Part shown: one piece after another, positions 8,223 through 18,446 of the stretch
Numbering within the stretch: the first letter of the stretch is position 1
Layout: every line of letters begins with the position of its first letter
Origin: Candidatus Latescibacterota bacterium
GTDB taxonomy: Bacteria > Latescibacterota > UBA2968 > GCA-2709665
Direction: 5' to 3'
Assembly (NCBI GenBank): GCA_965222075.1
Contig: OZ244937.1
Span: 3,360,001 to 3,424,000, forward strand
DNA length: 64,000 nt
Translations under genes and position numbers: made by a program
Notes under the pieces: generated by a model
What the model was told of the DNA's origin: nothing
Seen by the model: only the letters and a program-made list of their open reading frames with translations
The model's database searches: none

Positions 8223-11075
8223 ATGTCAATCTTAGACACATTCGTCACGCTCGATCTGGAAACGACCGGCCTCTCCCCCGGAGATTCCGAAATCCTCGAA
8301 ATCGGGGCGGTAAAAGTAGAGGCGGGGAAGATCGCCGACCGGTTCCAGACCTATGTCAAACCCCGGCAGGGCATCCCGGAGGAGGCCGTCCGCCTCACCG
8401 GAATCACTCAAAAAGCGGTGCGCCGGGCGCCCCGGGCCGAAACCGCGCTGGCAAAACTCCGGGACTTCGTCGGAGGCCTGCCCATCCTGGCGCACCAGGG
8501 GCGGTTCGAGGAGCGGTTCCTCTCGGCCTTATCAGCGGTCCCTTTTGACGAAATTCTCCACAGCGTGCGGGACCTCGCCCGCACGGCCCTCCCCCGCCTC
8601 ACCGACCACCGCGCCGAACGCCTGGCAGACTTTTTCAACGTCCAGGCCAACGGCCCGCACAAGGCCCAGATAGACGCCGAACGCCTGGCCGGCGTCTATC
8701 TGGGGACCGTTGAGGTGCTCCGGGACGTCCCGCTGCGCCTCAAGCAGCAGATGCTCCAGCTGCTCCGGGGCACCCGGTCGAACCTCCTTCCCATCCTCGT
8801 GTCCCTCGGCAACGAAGGCATCCAGAAAGAATTCATGTCCCGGATAAAGGGTGGAGGCCCCAACGACGAGGCCTTCTGCTCGATGTTCAACCTGGGCGGT
8901 GAAGAGGCAGCGGCCGTCCAGACCGACCGACCCCTTGATGTGGACGCCATCCGGGGCATGTTCGGCCCCGGAGGCGTCTTCGAGCGGGAAATCCCCGCCT
9001 ACGAATTCAGGGAGGAACAGATCGACATGGCCCGGGCGGTGGCCGACGCCTTCAACAACGCCCGGTTCCTGGCGGTGGAGGCCGGAACCGGCGTGGGGAA
9101 ATCGATCGCCTATCTGGTGCCGGCGGTCCTCCATGCCGTTCAGAACAACGTCAGGGTCGTCGTCTCCACCAACACCAAGAACCTGCAGGAACAGCTCTTC
9201 TTCAAAGACCTGCCCGACTTGGAGGCCATCTTAGACGTCCCCTTCCGCTATGCCCTGCTCAAAGGGCGCAGCAACTACATCTGTCTCAACCGATGGGGCG
9301 CGGCCCTGGCCAACGCAGACGCCCTCTTCACCGAAGAGGAACGGTTCGCTGCGCTGCCCCTCGTCATCTGGGCCGACCAGACCCAAACGGGAGACATCAC
9401 CGAGAATACCGGCTTCAACCTGGCCCGCAACGCCTCCCTCTGGGCCAAAATCTGTTCGGACAGCGGCTTTTGCCGCAGCCAGCGCTGCCGGAACAATGGG
9501 CAATGTTTTGCCAACACCATCCGAAAAGCCGCGTACAAGGCGCATGTGGTGGTGGTCAACCACTCCCTCCTCTTCTCGGATATCTCCTCCCAAAACGGCA
9601 TCCTGGGAGACTACAACCACCTCATCCTGGACGAGGCGCACAACGTCGAAAAGGTCGCCGCCCACTACCTGGGGCGGGAATTGAGCGTCTGGCGGGTCAA
9701 AAACCTGACCGACCACCTCCAAAGCCCCGGCTCTGTCAGCACCGGCACCCTCACCGCGCTCAGGCACTGGATGTCCGTCGCCGACCTCGACACCACGGCC
9801 CTGAAACCCTTCGACATCGGCATCGGATCGGCCATGGAGGCCGCGGAAACCCTCTACCTGAAGGCCCAGTCCTTCTTCGAGGCCCTCACCGACCACATGC
9901 AGCAGCGGGAGGGAAACCGCCGGCAGACATACACCCAGAAGGTGCGCTACCGTCCCGGAGAACCCACCTTCGACGGCCTGGGAGAAACCCTTGTTCCCTT
10001 CGCCGAAGCCGCAGCCGCCCTCAATAAACACCTCCAGGCCCTCTCCGGCTGGCTCCGGGATCTGCCCGAAGACGCCTTCCCCAACCAGGACGAACTCCGC
10101 AGCGAACTGGAGGGCCGGATTGAGGAATGCGCGGAAACCCTGGACGACCTCGACTACCTCACAGCCCCAGGTGACGAGCGGGCCGTCTACTGGATGGAAC
10201 TGCCCGGCCGGGAGGGCAGCATCGACACCCGCCTCTTTGCTGTGCCCTTAAACGTATCTGATATCCTGAACGAAGCGCTCTACGCGGCAATGGACACCAT
10301 CGTCTTCACCTCAGCCACCCTGGGCATCCGGGGGAAACTCGTCTACTTCCTCCGGCGGATGGGCCTGGAGGACATGCCTGAAAGACGGGTGCAGGCGCTC
10401 TGCCTCGGCTCGCCCTTCGACTTTGTGAACCAGGCCCTGGTCTGTGCGCCTAACTTCATGCCATCGCCCAAATCCCCCGGATTCCAGGACGCCGTAGACA
10501 ACCTCTTGCAGGACCTCGCAGTCAACGTCCAGCGGGGCACCCTGGCTCTGTTTACCTCATACAGCATGCTCAACCAGACCTACAGCGCCCTCAAACCCAA
10601 CCTCCAGTCCGAGGGCATCCTCCTGCTGGGGCAGGGCATCGACGGTTCTCGCACGAACATCACCGAGCGATTCAAACGCGAGGGACGGGCCACGCTCCTT
10701 GGCACCGACAGCTTCTGGGAAGGCATCGACGTACCGGGAGACGCGCTGCAAATCCTCGGCATCGTGCGGCTGCCCTTTGCAGTCCCTTCCGAACCCTTGG
10801 TGGCCGCCCAGATGGAAGAACTGGAAAAACAGGGCAAAAACCCTTTCCTGCACTACTCCGTCCCCGAAGCCATCCTCAAGTTCAGGCAGGGCTTCGGGCG
10901 CCTCATCCGGAACAAAACCGACCGGGGAGCGGTCGTGGTCTTGGACAGCCGGGTGCTTTCTACACGCTACGGCCGGGCCTTTCTGGAAGCCCTTCCGGTA
11001 TCCCATCGGGCCTTCCAAACCCAGCCGGAAATGATCGGCACCATCCAGGCCTGGTTTGAAAAGGCCGACAATTGA
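8223..11075 (+). CDS. dinG: DinG family helicase with N-terminal DEDDh (DnaQ-like) exonuclease domain
   Basis: DLETTG; EAGTGVGKS Walker A; DEAH; SATL; FWEGIDVPG; QGFGRLIR; Fe-S Cys cluster. Confidence 0.93.
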   Translation: MSILDTFVTLDLETTGLSPGDSEILEIGAVKVEAGKIADRFQTYVKPRQGIPEEAVRLTGITQKAVRRAPRAETALAKLRDFVGGLPILAHQGRFEERFLSALSAVPFDEILHSVRDLARTALPRLTDHRAERLADFFNVQANGPHKAQIDAERLAGVYLGTVEVLRDVPLRLKQQMLQLLRGTRSNLLPILVSLGNEGIQKEFMSRIKGGGPNDEAFCSMFNLGGEEAAAVQTDRPLDVDAIRGMFGPGGVFEREIPAYEFREEQIDMARAVADAFNNARFLAVEAGTGVGKSIAYLVPAVLHAVQNNVRVVVSTNTKNLQEQLFFKDLPDLEAILDVPFRYALLKGRSNYICLNRWGAALANADALFTEEERFAALPLVIWADQTQTGDITENTGFNLARNASLWAKICSDSGFCRSQRCRNNGQCFANTIRKAAYKAHVVVVNHSLLFSDISSQNGILGDYNHLILDEAHNVEKVAAHYLGRELSVWRVKNLTDHLQSPGSVSTGTLTALRHWMSVADLDTTALKPFDIGIGSAMEAAETLYLKAQSFFEALTDHMQQREGNRRQTYTQKVRYRPGEPTFDGLGETLVPFAEAAAALNKHLQALSGWLRDLPEDAFPNQDELRSELEGRIEECAETLDDLDYLTAPGDERAVYWMELPGREGSIDTRLFAVPLNVSDILNEALYAAMDTIVFTSATLGIRGKLVYFLRRMGLEDMPERRVQALCLGSPFDFVNQALVCAPNFMPSPKSPGFQDAVDNLLQDLAVNVQRGTLALFTSYSMLNQTYSALKPNLQSEGILLLGQGIDGSRTNITERFKREGRATLLGTDSFWEGIDVPGDALQILGIVRLPFAVPSEPLVAAQMEELEKQGKNPFLHYSVPEAILKFRQGFGRLIRNKTDRGAVVVLDSRVLSTRYGRAFLEALPVSHRAFQTQPEMIGTIQAWFEKADN

Positions 11076-12547
11076 CTTTCGGAGTATCTGCGTTGAACAC
11101 CGACGGCGCCACAGCCATCCGGGAACCGCTGAAAAAACTCCTGGCGCGTGTGCCCCAGGCAGACCACCCTCTGGTGGGGCATGCCTATCACCTTGCCAGC
11201 GCCAGCCACGAGGGCCAAAATCGGGATGAAGGCCAGCCTTATATTACCCATCCCATCGCGGTGGCTTTAATCCTCGCCTCGGAACTCGGATTCTCCAGAG
11301 ATGTGGAAATGATGGTGGCTGCGCTGCTCCACGACGCCGTGGAAGACTCGGCGCTGAGCTTAGATGACATCACCCCCACTTTTGGGCCGGTAATCACCGG
11401 CCTGATTACCGGCGTCACCAAGGTGGACGGCGCCTACTCACGCAGCCGTTCCGCCCGCCGCGCAGCCACCCTCCAGAGGCTCTTTACCGCTGCCCGGGAA
11501 GACTCCCGGGTGCTGATCTTGAAACTGGCCGACCGGATGCACAATATGCGCAGCATAGACGGGCTTAAAGATCCAAAGCGCCGCCAGCGGATGGCACAGG
11601 AAACCACCGACGTCTATGCCCCTCTTTCCCACCTGCTTGGCATGGGCCGAATTCACCGAGAACTGGAGGACCGGAGTCTCGAATGCCTGGAACCGGAGAC
11701 GTATGATCAGCTTACCGATGTACTGAGCGCAGGGGCCCCGAAGCCCTTCCTGGATTTCCAGGAAAAAATGAAAGAGACCATCTTAACGCATGGAATCCGA
11801 ACGCGGGTCCGTTTACATACCAAGAGCCTGGCGAGCACCTATCGGAAGATTACCGGATCCAACCTCGCCATCGTGAATATCCACGACCGGTATGCCGTCG
11901 AAATCATCGTATCGAACCGGTATGCCTGCTACCGTACCCTGGGGGTGATCCACGGCCGTTTTGCACCGGTGATGGAATGTTTTAAAGACTTTGTCGCGCT
12001 TCCCAAAAGAAACGGATACCAGGCCCTCCACACGACCGTGCTCGACGGAGGAATGCGATTTGAAATTCACATACAGACCCCTTCTATGCACCGCATAGGA
12101 GAACTGGGCGTCGCCACCTTAAGGGGAGACGCCCTCCAGGTAGAGCGCCGGCGGCGATGGCTTGAAGAACTCGCCGAATGGCACGAGCATGCCGGCCCGT
12201 CGGAACGATTTCTGGATGAGATAAAACGCATCCTCTTTGTACAGGAAATCGCGGTCTTTACCCCCCAGGACGATCCCATTATCCTCCCCGAAGGCGCAAC
12301 CCTGGTCGATTTCGCCTTTGGCGTCCACACCGACCTGGGCCTGCACTGCACCGGAGGCCGGGTCAATGGAAAACCGACGACGCCTTTTTCCGTCTTGAAC
12401 TGGGGAGACACCGTTGAAATCAAGACCTCCAAAACCCAGCGTCCAAAACAACACTGGCTGCGATACGTCAAAACCTACCGTGCCCGCCGCCTCATCCGCC
12501 GCTACCTGAGCCGGTCCAAATCGTCCGGCGGGCTGATGTTCGGCTGA
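11072..12547 (+). CDS. RelA/SpoT homologue (HD + degenerate synthetase + TGS, no ACT)
   Basis: PYITHP, LLHDAVED, KLADRMHNMR, NGYQALHT, GATLVDFAFGVHT. Confidence 0.88.
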   Translation: MTFGVSALNTDGATAIREPLKKLLARVPQADHPLVGHAYHLASASHEGQNRDEGQPYITHPIAVALILASELGFSRDVEMMVAALLHDAVEDSALSLDDITPTFGPVITGLITGVTKVDGAYSRSRSARRAATLQRLFTAAREDSRVLILKLADRMHNMRSIDGLKDPKRRQRMAQETTDVYAPLSHLLGMGRIHRELEDRSLECLEPETYDQLTDVLSAGAPKPFLDFQEKMKETILTHGIRTRVRLHTKSLASTYRKITGSNLAIVNIHDRYAVEIIVSNRYACYRTLGVIHGRFAPVMECFKDFVALPKRNGYQALHTTVLDGGMRFEIHIQTPSMHRIGELGVATLRGDALQVERRRRWLEELAEWHEHAGPSERFLDEIKRILFVQEIAVFTPQDDPIILPEGATLVDFAFGVHTDLGLHCTGGRVNGKPTTPFSVLNWGDTVEIKTSKTQRPKQHWLRYVKTYRARRLIRRYLSRSKSSGGLMFG

Positions 12548-12593
12548 GCGTTCATGTCTCACCCCCAGTGGCCTCTTCCTCCAATCCTCGACC

Positions 12594-13661
12594 ATGCCAA
12601 TACAAAGCTTCACATTAAAAACAGGGCAGCATCTCAACATCAAGCTTCTGGAACCTCCCCTTTCCAGCTATGCCGACAAAGTTGGGTGCTGGACCGATAT
12701 CCGGAACGAACTGCTCGGCGGACAGATGGCGCCGTGGCTTTTCACGCCTTATTTTGTGGGTGAAATTGGCGGTGAAGTCGTGGGCAGTATGAGCTATTAT
12801 ACCCCCACCGACACCCGCGATGTCGGCGTTGTGGAGTTTGTACACACAGCGGAGAAACACAGGCAAAAGGGCATTGCATCGGCTTTGATGGCCCAGCTGA
12901 TCGAAAGATTCAGGGCCGATGGCGGACTCGGGCTCTATCTGTGTACCATCAATCCTCATGCCGGTACCCTGTATGAAAATCACGGCTTCTGGTACCACGT
13001 GGGTGATGGGATGCGATACCTGGCGCCCGACGCTCAGGATTTCGACAGAACCTATCTGGCCTTTTGTGGAAAAGCGCGAATTCGAGACGCCACCTGGGCA
13101 GACCTCCCACGGCTCTCTGTATTGTACAATCATCCCCAACCCGAATGGTACATCAAAGACTATCTCACCCAGAGCTTCCGTCATACGCGATATGAGAGCC
13201 ACTTTGTAAAACTTATGAAAGGAATCGAAAATCAAAAGGGGTCGTTTCTGGTGCTGGAAAATCCTGCACAGCGGGTGGTCGGCGCTGCCGTGCTGAAACG
13301 ATTGGACACCTTTTACGAACAACACGTTGCCATGCTGAGCTTTCGGGTCTGTCCACACTATTTCAACCAGGCCGCCGACCTTTTAAACGCCGCATCAGAA
13401 AAAGCGAAAGAACATTCGATCCAATGGGTCCAGACCTACATCGCCGACTGCGACGACGACCAGAAAGAACTGGTCGGTGCGGCGGGATTCTTTAAAGAGG
13501 CGCGCCTGCGGAACCGACTGAGCAACGGAGGTGAAAAAATCGACCTGCTGGTCTATTCGCTGCCTCTGTCCCATGCCGTCAAGCCGCTACGCAGTCCGGG
13601 CGACTATTATGGCGGCAGACAATCCTGGCAGGAAGAACGCATAGCCTCTAACCGCAGCTGA
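12594..13661 (+). CDS. GNAT N-acetyltransferase (tandem domains)
   Basis: VHTAEKHRQKGIASALM acetyl-CoA motif; second GNAT-like half. Confidence 0.8.
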   Translation: MPIQSFTLKTGQHLNIKLLEPPLSSYADKVGCWTDIRNELLGGQMAPWLFTPYFVGEIGGEVVGSMSYYTPTDTRDVGVVEFVHTAEKHRQKGIASALMAQLIERFRADGGLGLYLCTINPHAGTLYENHGFWYHVGDGMRYLAPDAQDFDRTYLAFCGKARIRDATWADLPRLSVLYNHPQPEWYIKDYLTQSFRHTRYESHFVKLMKGIENQKGSFLVLENPAQRVVGAAVLKRLDTFYEQHVAMLSFRVCPHYFNQAADLLNAASEKAKEHSIQWVQTYIADCDDDQKELVGAAGFFKEARLRNRLSNGGEKIDLLVYSLPLSHAVKPLRSPGDYYGGRQSWQEERIASNRS

Positions 13662-13695
13662 AGATGGACCTTGAGTCGGAAAGAGAGGACCGTTT

Positions 13696-14487
13696 ATGGC
13701 CGACGATCTTTTAATTCTGGACCCCGAACAGAAACAGTTCTTTGACGACAACGGCTACCTCTTAATCAAAGGGCTCTACAACCCGGTCGAAATCGAAGAA
13801 ATGCGCCGGGAGTTTCACGACCTGATAACCCGGACCGAAAACCGTCCCCAGAATATGCGCTACAGCTTCATGGACCCACCCGAAGGATACGAGCCCGATC
13901 CCTTCAATCCCAAAAATGTCGTCGGCATGATGGATCAGACCCTGGGCGGCGACTACTGGTTCGACCAGTTCACGGACCCCCGGGTGGTCCGTGTGATGGT
14001 GGACCTCCTGGGACCCAATATCGACTTTCACAACGGCAAAATCCGCAACAAACCGCCCGGATTCGTCTGCACCCAGAGCTGGCACCAGGATTGGCCTTAC
14101 GAGCGCCACACCCGGCCCGACCTGGCCGCGGCCATCACCTACCTGGACCCCACGGACTTCGAAGCCGGCGCCACCGAGGCCCTGCCCGGCAGCCACCTGA
14201 AAGGAGAGTGGTCCACCCGGGACGATGGCCACACCGTTGCCCACGACTGCGTCCCCGAAGGCCAGGGCGTGGTCCTGTCCGCCGAACCTGGAGATGTGGC
14301 CGTCATCCACGTCCTGGTCGTCCATCGCGCCGGACACAACTTCACGGCACGCGCCCGGCACGCCATTATCAACGAGTACAAAACCGCGGAAGCCATTGAC
14401 CTGTGGAACAACCGCTGTGCCTTTGCCAGCCTGCCCCTGGCCCGGAACCGCAGGCTGCTGATGCCCCGCGTGCAGGCAGCCAGATGA
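13696..14487 (+). CDS. Phytanoyl-CoA dioxygenase (PhyH) family Fe/2OG oxygenase
   Basis: FFDDNGYL, WHQD (HxD), PGSH, HRAGHN. Confidence 0.9.
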   Translation: MADDLLILDPEQKQFFDDNGYLLIKGLYNPVEIEEMRREFHDLITRTENRPQNMRYSFMDPPEGYEPDPFNPKNVVGMMDQTLGGDYWFDQFTDPRVVRVMVDLLGPNIDFHNGKIRNKPPGFVCTQSWHQDWPYERHTRPDLAAAITYLDPTDFEAGATEALPGSHLKGEWSTRDDGHTVAHDCVPEGQGVVLSAEPGDVAVIHVLVVHRAGHNFTARARHAIINEYKTAEAIDLWNNRCAFASLPLARNRRLLMPRVQAAR

Positions 14488-14831
14488 AACCTGCCCTCGT
14501 CCTCGCAGTCTGTCTAACCCTCTTCGGATGTACCCACGAACCGGAACGGTTGCGGGCCGAGATCGCCGCGCAGGAGGAGAAAGTCGCTGCGGCTCAGACA
14601 ACGCACAATCGAGAAGTCGCCCGGTTGAAAACCATGCAGGACAGCCTCCAGATCAAAATTCAGCAAAACATGGCCCTGGGGCTGGACAGAAAGCAGGCCA
14701 CAGAATTAGAACAGGCCCTCCTCAAAAGCCAGAGGACCCTTTTAGAGGCAGCAGGCCAGAACCTGAAGCGCCAGCGGGAGTATCTTGCCCGGCTGAAAGA
14801 ACGCCTTCACACCTTTTCAGGAAGCCCGTAA
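14484..14831 (+). CDS. Hypothetical coiled-coil lipoprotein
   Basis: MKPALVLAVCLTLFG-C lipobox; ATGA overlap with the upstream gene. Confidence 0.7.
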   Translation: MKPALVLAVCLTLFGCTHEPERLRAEIAAQEEKVAAAQTTHNREVARLKTMQDSLQIKIQQNMALGLDRKQATELEQALLKSQRTLLEAAGQNLKRQREYLARLKERLHTFSGSP

Positions 14832-14907
14832 CATACAGGGGCTTCTCCATCCGGGAGCGGATGGTCCTCTTCTGGCACAACCACTTTGCCACCCGGAGGT
14901 AACCCCG

Positions 14908-15441
14908 ATGAAAATCCTGAACAAAGAGATCACCGCTCCGGACGGCCCGGATGTCCTTCAGGCCTACACCGCCTCGGTTCGGGCGCTGGCCGCACACATC
15001 GACCTCAAAGAAATCTGGGAACCCTTTAAAGATGATCCGGAACCCTTCTCAATTTCCGACATCGCCACCCTCTACTGGGAGGGTGAAATCGACGCATCCC
15101 GGTGGATTGCGCTCCACCTGCACCTGGAGGACGCCTGTCCCTATTTTGAAGATCGCGGCAACAACACCTACCGGGCGCAGGAAGAACTAAGACAGCTCGA
15201 CCGTCTGCACTATCGCCATGAACGCTACCTGCTGTTGAAACACCTCTCCGCATCGGCCGGCCGGACCTTCTCCGCAACCGTCCTCCACCTCCGGCGGGAC
15301 GGGGCGCTGGTGGAACTGGTGGACCTCCCTCTAAAAACCGTGGTTCGTCCCTACCGTGAGGTATCGGTGGGAGAGGTCATACGGCTCCGGCTCACCGGGG
15401 TTGACCTGTGGCGCTCAGAAGCCCACCTGGCCGTCCAGTGA
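14908..15441 (+). CDS. RNase II-like protein lacking the RNB catalytic core (internally deleted or minimal)
   Basis: N-part DLKEIWE..IATLYW..PYFE is joined directly to an S1-like C-part RYLLLKHL..VELVDL..GEVIRLRLTGVD. Confidence 0.5.
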   Translation: MKILNKEITAPDGPDVLQAYTASVRALAAHIDLKEIWEPFKDDPEPFSISDIATLYWEGEIDASRWIALHLHLEDACPYFEDRGNNTYRAQEELRQLDRLHYRHERYLLLKHLSASAGRTFSATVLHLRRDGALVELVDLPLKTVVRPYREVSVGEVIRLRLTGVDLWRSEAHLAVQ

Positions 15442-16175
15442 CGGTAAGCGTCACCCCGGGCCGACTGCTCTTTACCTCCGGAATGACCGGCCGCAGTTCC
15501 CAGGGTCCCGTCGTCCCGGGCGGCATGGCCCCCCAGGCGCGTCGGGTCTTCGAACGGCTTCAGGCCATGCTCGAACATGCCGGAGCCGGCTTTCGCCATA
15601 CCATCAAACAGAACGTCTTCACCACCGACCCCGACGCCTACAACGCCGATGGAAGAACAATCGGCAGCGCCGCCTTTGGCGAACACCGCCCGGCATCCAC
15701 AGACCTGGTGGTCCCCTGCCTGGCCGACCCGGCCATGTGCATCGAAGTGGAACTCGTGGCCGACCTCTCCGCTCCCGTGCAGGGCAGGCCCCTCCTGGAA
15801 AAATACAGCGTGGAACCCCACGGCATAGACTACGCCCAGGGGGTCATCGTAAACGGCGGCCGCCTCATCTACACGGCAGGCCAGGTGGCCAACATCCCCA
15901 ACGGCTCGGTCGCCGGCATTGGCGACATGCAGCGGCAGGCCGAGAAAACCTACGAAAACATCGACCATGTGCTGCGCGCCGGGGGCACCACACCGGCGAA
16001 TGTTGTGAAAGAAACGATCTGGGTGCTGGACATGGAAGCCTGGCACCAACAGGGCGCGCCCGTGCGGCAGGCCTTCTACAACGGCGATTTCCCCGCAGCC
16101 ACGCTCCTGGGAATTCAAGGCCTGACGGAGCCCGAAAAATGGGTGGAAATCGAGGTGATTGCGGCAGTAGCGTAA
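15438..16175 (+). CDS. Tandem-domain RidA/YjgF family protein
   Basis: Two repeats ending RPAST..IEVELVA and FPAATL..VEIEVIA; GTG start overlaps the upstream stop. Confidence 0.85.
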   Translation: MTVSVTPGRLLFTSGMTGRSSQGPVVPGGMAPQARRVFERLQAMLEHAGAGFRHTIKQNVFTTDPDAYNADGRTIGSAAFGEHRPASTDLVVPCLADPAMCIEVELVADLSAPVQGRPLLEKYSVEPHGIDYAQGVIVNGGRLIYTAGQVANIPNGSVAGIGDMQRQAEKTYENIDHVLRAGGTTPANVVKETIWVLDMEAWHQQGAPVRQAFYNGDFPAATLLGIQGLTEPEKWVEIEVIAAVA

Positions 16176-16190
16176 GCGGAAGACATCCCC

Positions 16191-16523
16191 CTAATACCGG
16201 TGCACGTAGTGCCCCCGCTCCGGAAACCAGATCATATCGATCCCCGCAGAAAACGCCACGCCCAGGACATAGCCGACCAGCAGGCCCACAAACAGCGGCC
16301 TCGACTTCCGGTAAAACCCCGGCCCGCCCACCTTCAGCATCACCAGCTTGATCAACCAGGCCACAAAGATCGTAAATGCGGTCCGCCGGGCCAGATAGGA
16401 CCCCGAAATCGCCAGCCCCAGCCCCAGCAGGACCGACCGAACCGTAACCCCGGCACGCTTCTGGACGTCAACATACGCCTCTCCGGTATCTTCTGTCCGA
16501 GTCTTTTGAGCGTCAAGTGCCAC
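16191..16523 (-). pseudogene. Internally deleted DUF6785/DUF6784-type membrane protein
   Basis: N-terminal GVTVRSVLLGL fused to C-terminal GLAISGSY..AWLIKLVMLKVGG..YRKSRPLFVGLLVG; only 110 aa. Confidence 0.55.
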
Positions 16524-16586
16524 AGCAATCCCTTCTCCCTGCTTCTCGTGTCGCCGCTATCATTTTCATAAAGCCGTAATTCCGCC

Positions 16587-16955
16587 CTACGCCCTCTCAA
16601 ACAACTGCAACCTCACCTCGTTGGGCCCTTCAAAGAACGCCAGTCGTATCCCGCCCACACCGGCATCAAACGGTTCTACTGCCATCTCCACCCCCTTATC
16701 CTTCAACGCCTCAGCGCCGGCGTCCACGCTATCGACCTTGAAGGAGATATGGTGGAAACCCTCTTCCGCCTGCATCGTCTTCTTCGGCATCAGTTCCAGA
16801 ATCATATCCCCGGCCTTTAAAAACACGAAATCCTCATCATCTTCATTGGGGAACCGCTCGATTACCTCCAGCCCCAGGGTCCGGGTATAGAATTCGACCG
16901 ACCCTTCAACGTCATCGGTCACCAGCGCAATTTTATGAATGCGATTGATCATCAC
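16587..16955 (-). CDS. VOC/glyoxalase family protein
   Basis: HKIALVTDDVE..FYTRTLGL, HHISFKV, AFFEGPN. Confidence 0.88.
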   Translation of the reverse strand: MMINRIHKIALVTDDVEGSVEFYTRTLGLEVIERFPNEDDEDFVFLKAGDMILELMPKKTMQAEEGFHHISFKVDSVDAGAEALKDKGVEMAVEPFDAGVGGIRLAFFEGPNEVRLQLFERA

Positions 16956-17034
16956 CAGCCTCCTTTATCCACTGCTTGTCTTCTACCGTTTTAAAATTCT
17001 GATACCTGTTCATCTGTGGTTCCGCCTTCCGCTT

Positions 17035-18396
17035 TTACTTAAAAACCTCCCGAATAACGTTCAAATTCTCTTCCTTCTCCGGGTCCAGCGTAAACAAAGC
17101 CCCATCGCATTTCTGTTCAACAACCGCTGAACAGAGCTGTCGAACCACCTCCGGTTCTGCCCCGGCGGAAACCGGTGGATAAAGGGGACGATTCCCGCTT
17201 GATAGCGCCTTCAACTTCCCTACCTCCCGCGAATACATCTCGACCACCGGCAGGGGCCCCTTCCGAATCTCTGCCACCGAAAGCGGCAGTCCGAAATCCT
17301 CATACCCGAACAGCCGATAGATCAACCTCAGGGCTTCCCCTTCCTCCAGGCCCTGGACGGTCCGGCACAGGGCCGGTGCCCACTCGGTCGCCAGATTGGT
17401 CACCGTGGTCGCCCAGCCGACCACGCCTCCAAACGAACTCCCGCCGGTCAGATAATCCGCTCCCCGTTCCCACTCCGAGTAGACGTGCCCACCTAAGAGC
17501 GCGATGGAAGGGGGAAACACATCGCTCCCGAACACCACTTCCGGACCGGCGGCCTCCCGCACGGCCTCCCGGAATTCCTGCATTCGCTCCGCCAGCAGCA
17601 CCGCACGAAATCGGAACCAGTCCAGGATCGTGTGATCCCCGTCAAGCCAGGACAGAAAATCCCAGAAGCTCAGACAGGCCTCTGCGGCGCCGAGCGCCTG
17701 CTCCCGGATCAGGCCGTTGAGGCGTTCGCGCACCCTCAGCAGTCCCTCTTTCATTCGGACAAAATCGTACCCCAGCCTGTCGGCCTCCCCCTGGCATGCT
17801 TCACACCCGCACGCGAACAGGCTGGACAGGTTGGCCGGCGCAGGGTACCGGGCGTGGTCCACGTCGAACCCGTCGATATCGTACCGCTCGACCACATCCA
17901 CCAGACAGTCACGCGCCCACTCATTGATCTCCCTGCGGCTGGGACACAGGCCGATTCCCCACTGCCTGTAGCGCATATCCAGCGGCCTGCCTTCAACATC
18001 CACCATCGCGTATTCCGGATATACATCGCCCCCGTAGCTCCACAGCCCAATATGTCCCCAGACCTCTATCCCTGCCTTCCGGCAGGCCTCGATCACCCGC
18101 AGCAGGGGCGTATCGTCGAACCCGCTCACGGTGCCGGCAACGGCCGGATAGATCCCCTCCTTTGCCTTCGGCCACCTGTCTTCACGCGAGCGCCAGTCCT
18201 CAAACGGCCCCCGCCGGGCAATCTCCTCCGAAGCTTGGAACCCCGATGTGTGGCAGATCGAACTCTCCGGCATAATCGTCGTAAGCCCGATCTCATCTTT
18301 GAGTTTTTTTAACGCATCCGGACGTTCGGCCACGTATTCCGTACTGCAGAACCAGATGAAACGTTGTGGATGTTCAGGCATGTATGGCCTCACCAC
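17035..18396 (-). CDS. Putative glycoside-hydrolase-like TIM-barrel protein
   Basis: LCPSRREI..VVERYDIDGFDVDHARYP, ACGCEAC. Confidence 0.6.
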   Translation of the reverse strand: MVRPYMPEHPQRFIWFCSTEYVAERPDALKKLKDEIGLTTIMPESSICHTSGFQASEEIARRGPFEDWRSREDRWPKAKEGIYPAVAGTVSGFDDTPLLRVIEACRKAGIEVWGHIGLWSYGGDVYPEYAMVDVEGRPLDMRYRQWGIGLCPSRREINEWARDCLVDVVERYDIDGFDVDHARYPAPANLSSLFACGCEACQGEADRLGYDFVRMKEGLLRVRERLNGLIREQALGAAEACLSFWDFLSWLDGDHTILDWFRFRAVLLAERMQEFREAVREAAGPEVVFGSDVFPPSIALLGGHVYSEWERGADYLTGGSSFGGVVGWATTVTNLATEWAPALCRTVQGLEEGEALRLIYRLFGYEDFGLPLSVAEIRKGPLPVVEMYSREVGKLKALSSGNRPLYPPVSAGAEPEVVRQLCSAVVEQKCDGALFTLDPEKEENLNVIREVFK

Positions 18397-18446
18397 ATCT
18401 GTACACAGGTCGTCGGGGGCCCGCAGACGTCTCTCCCCGGACCCTG

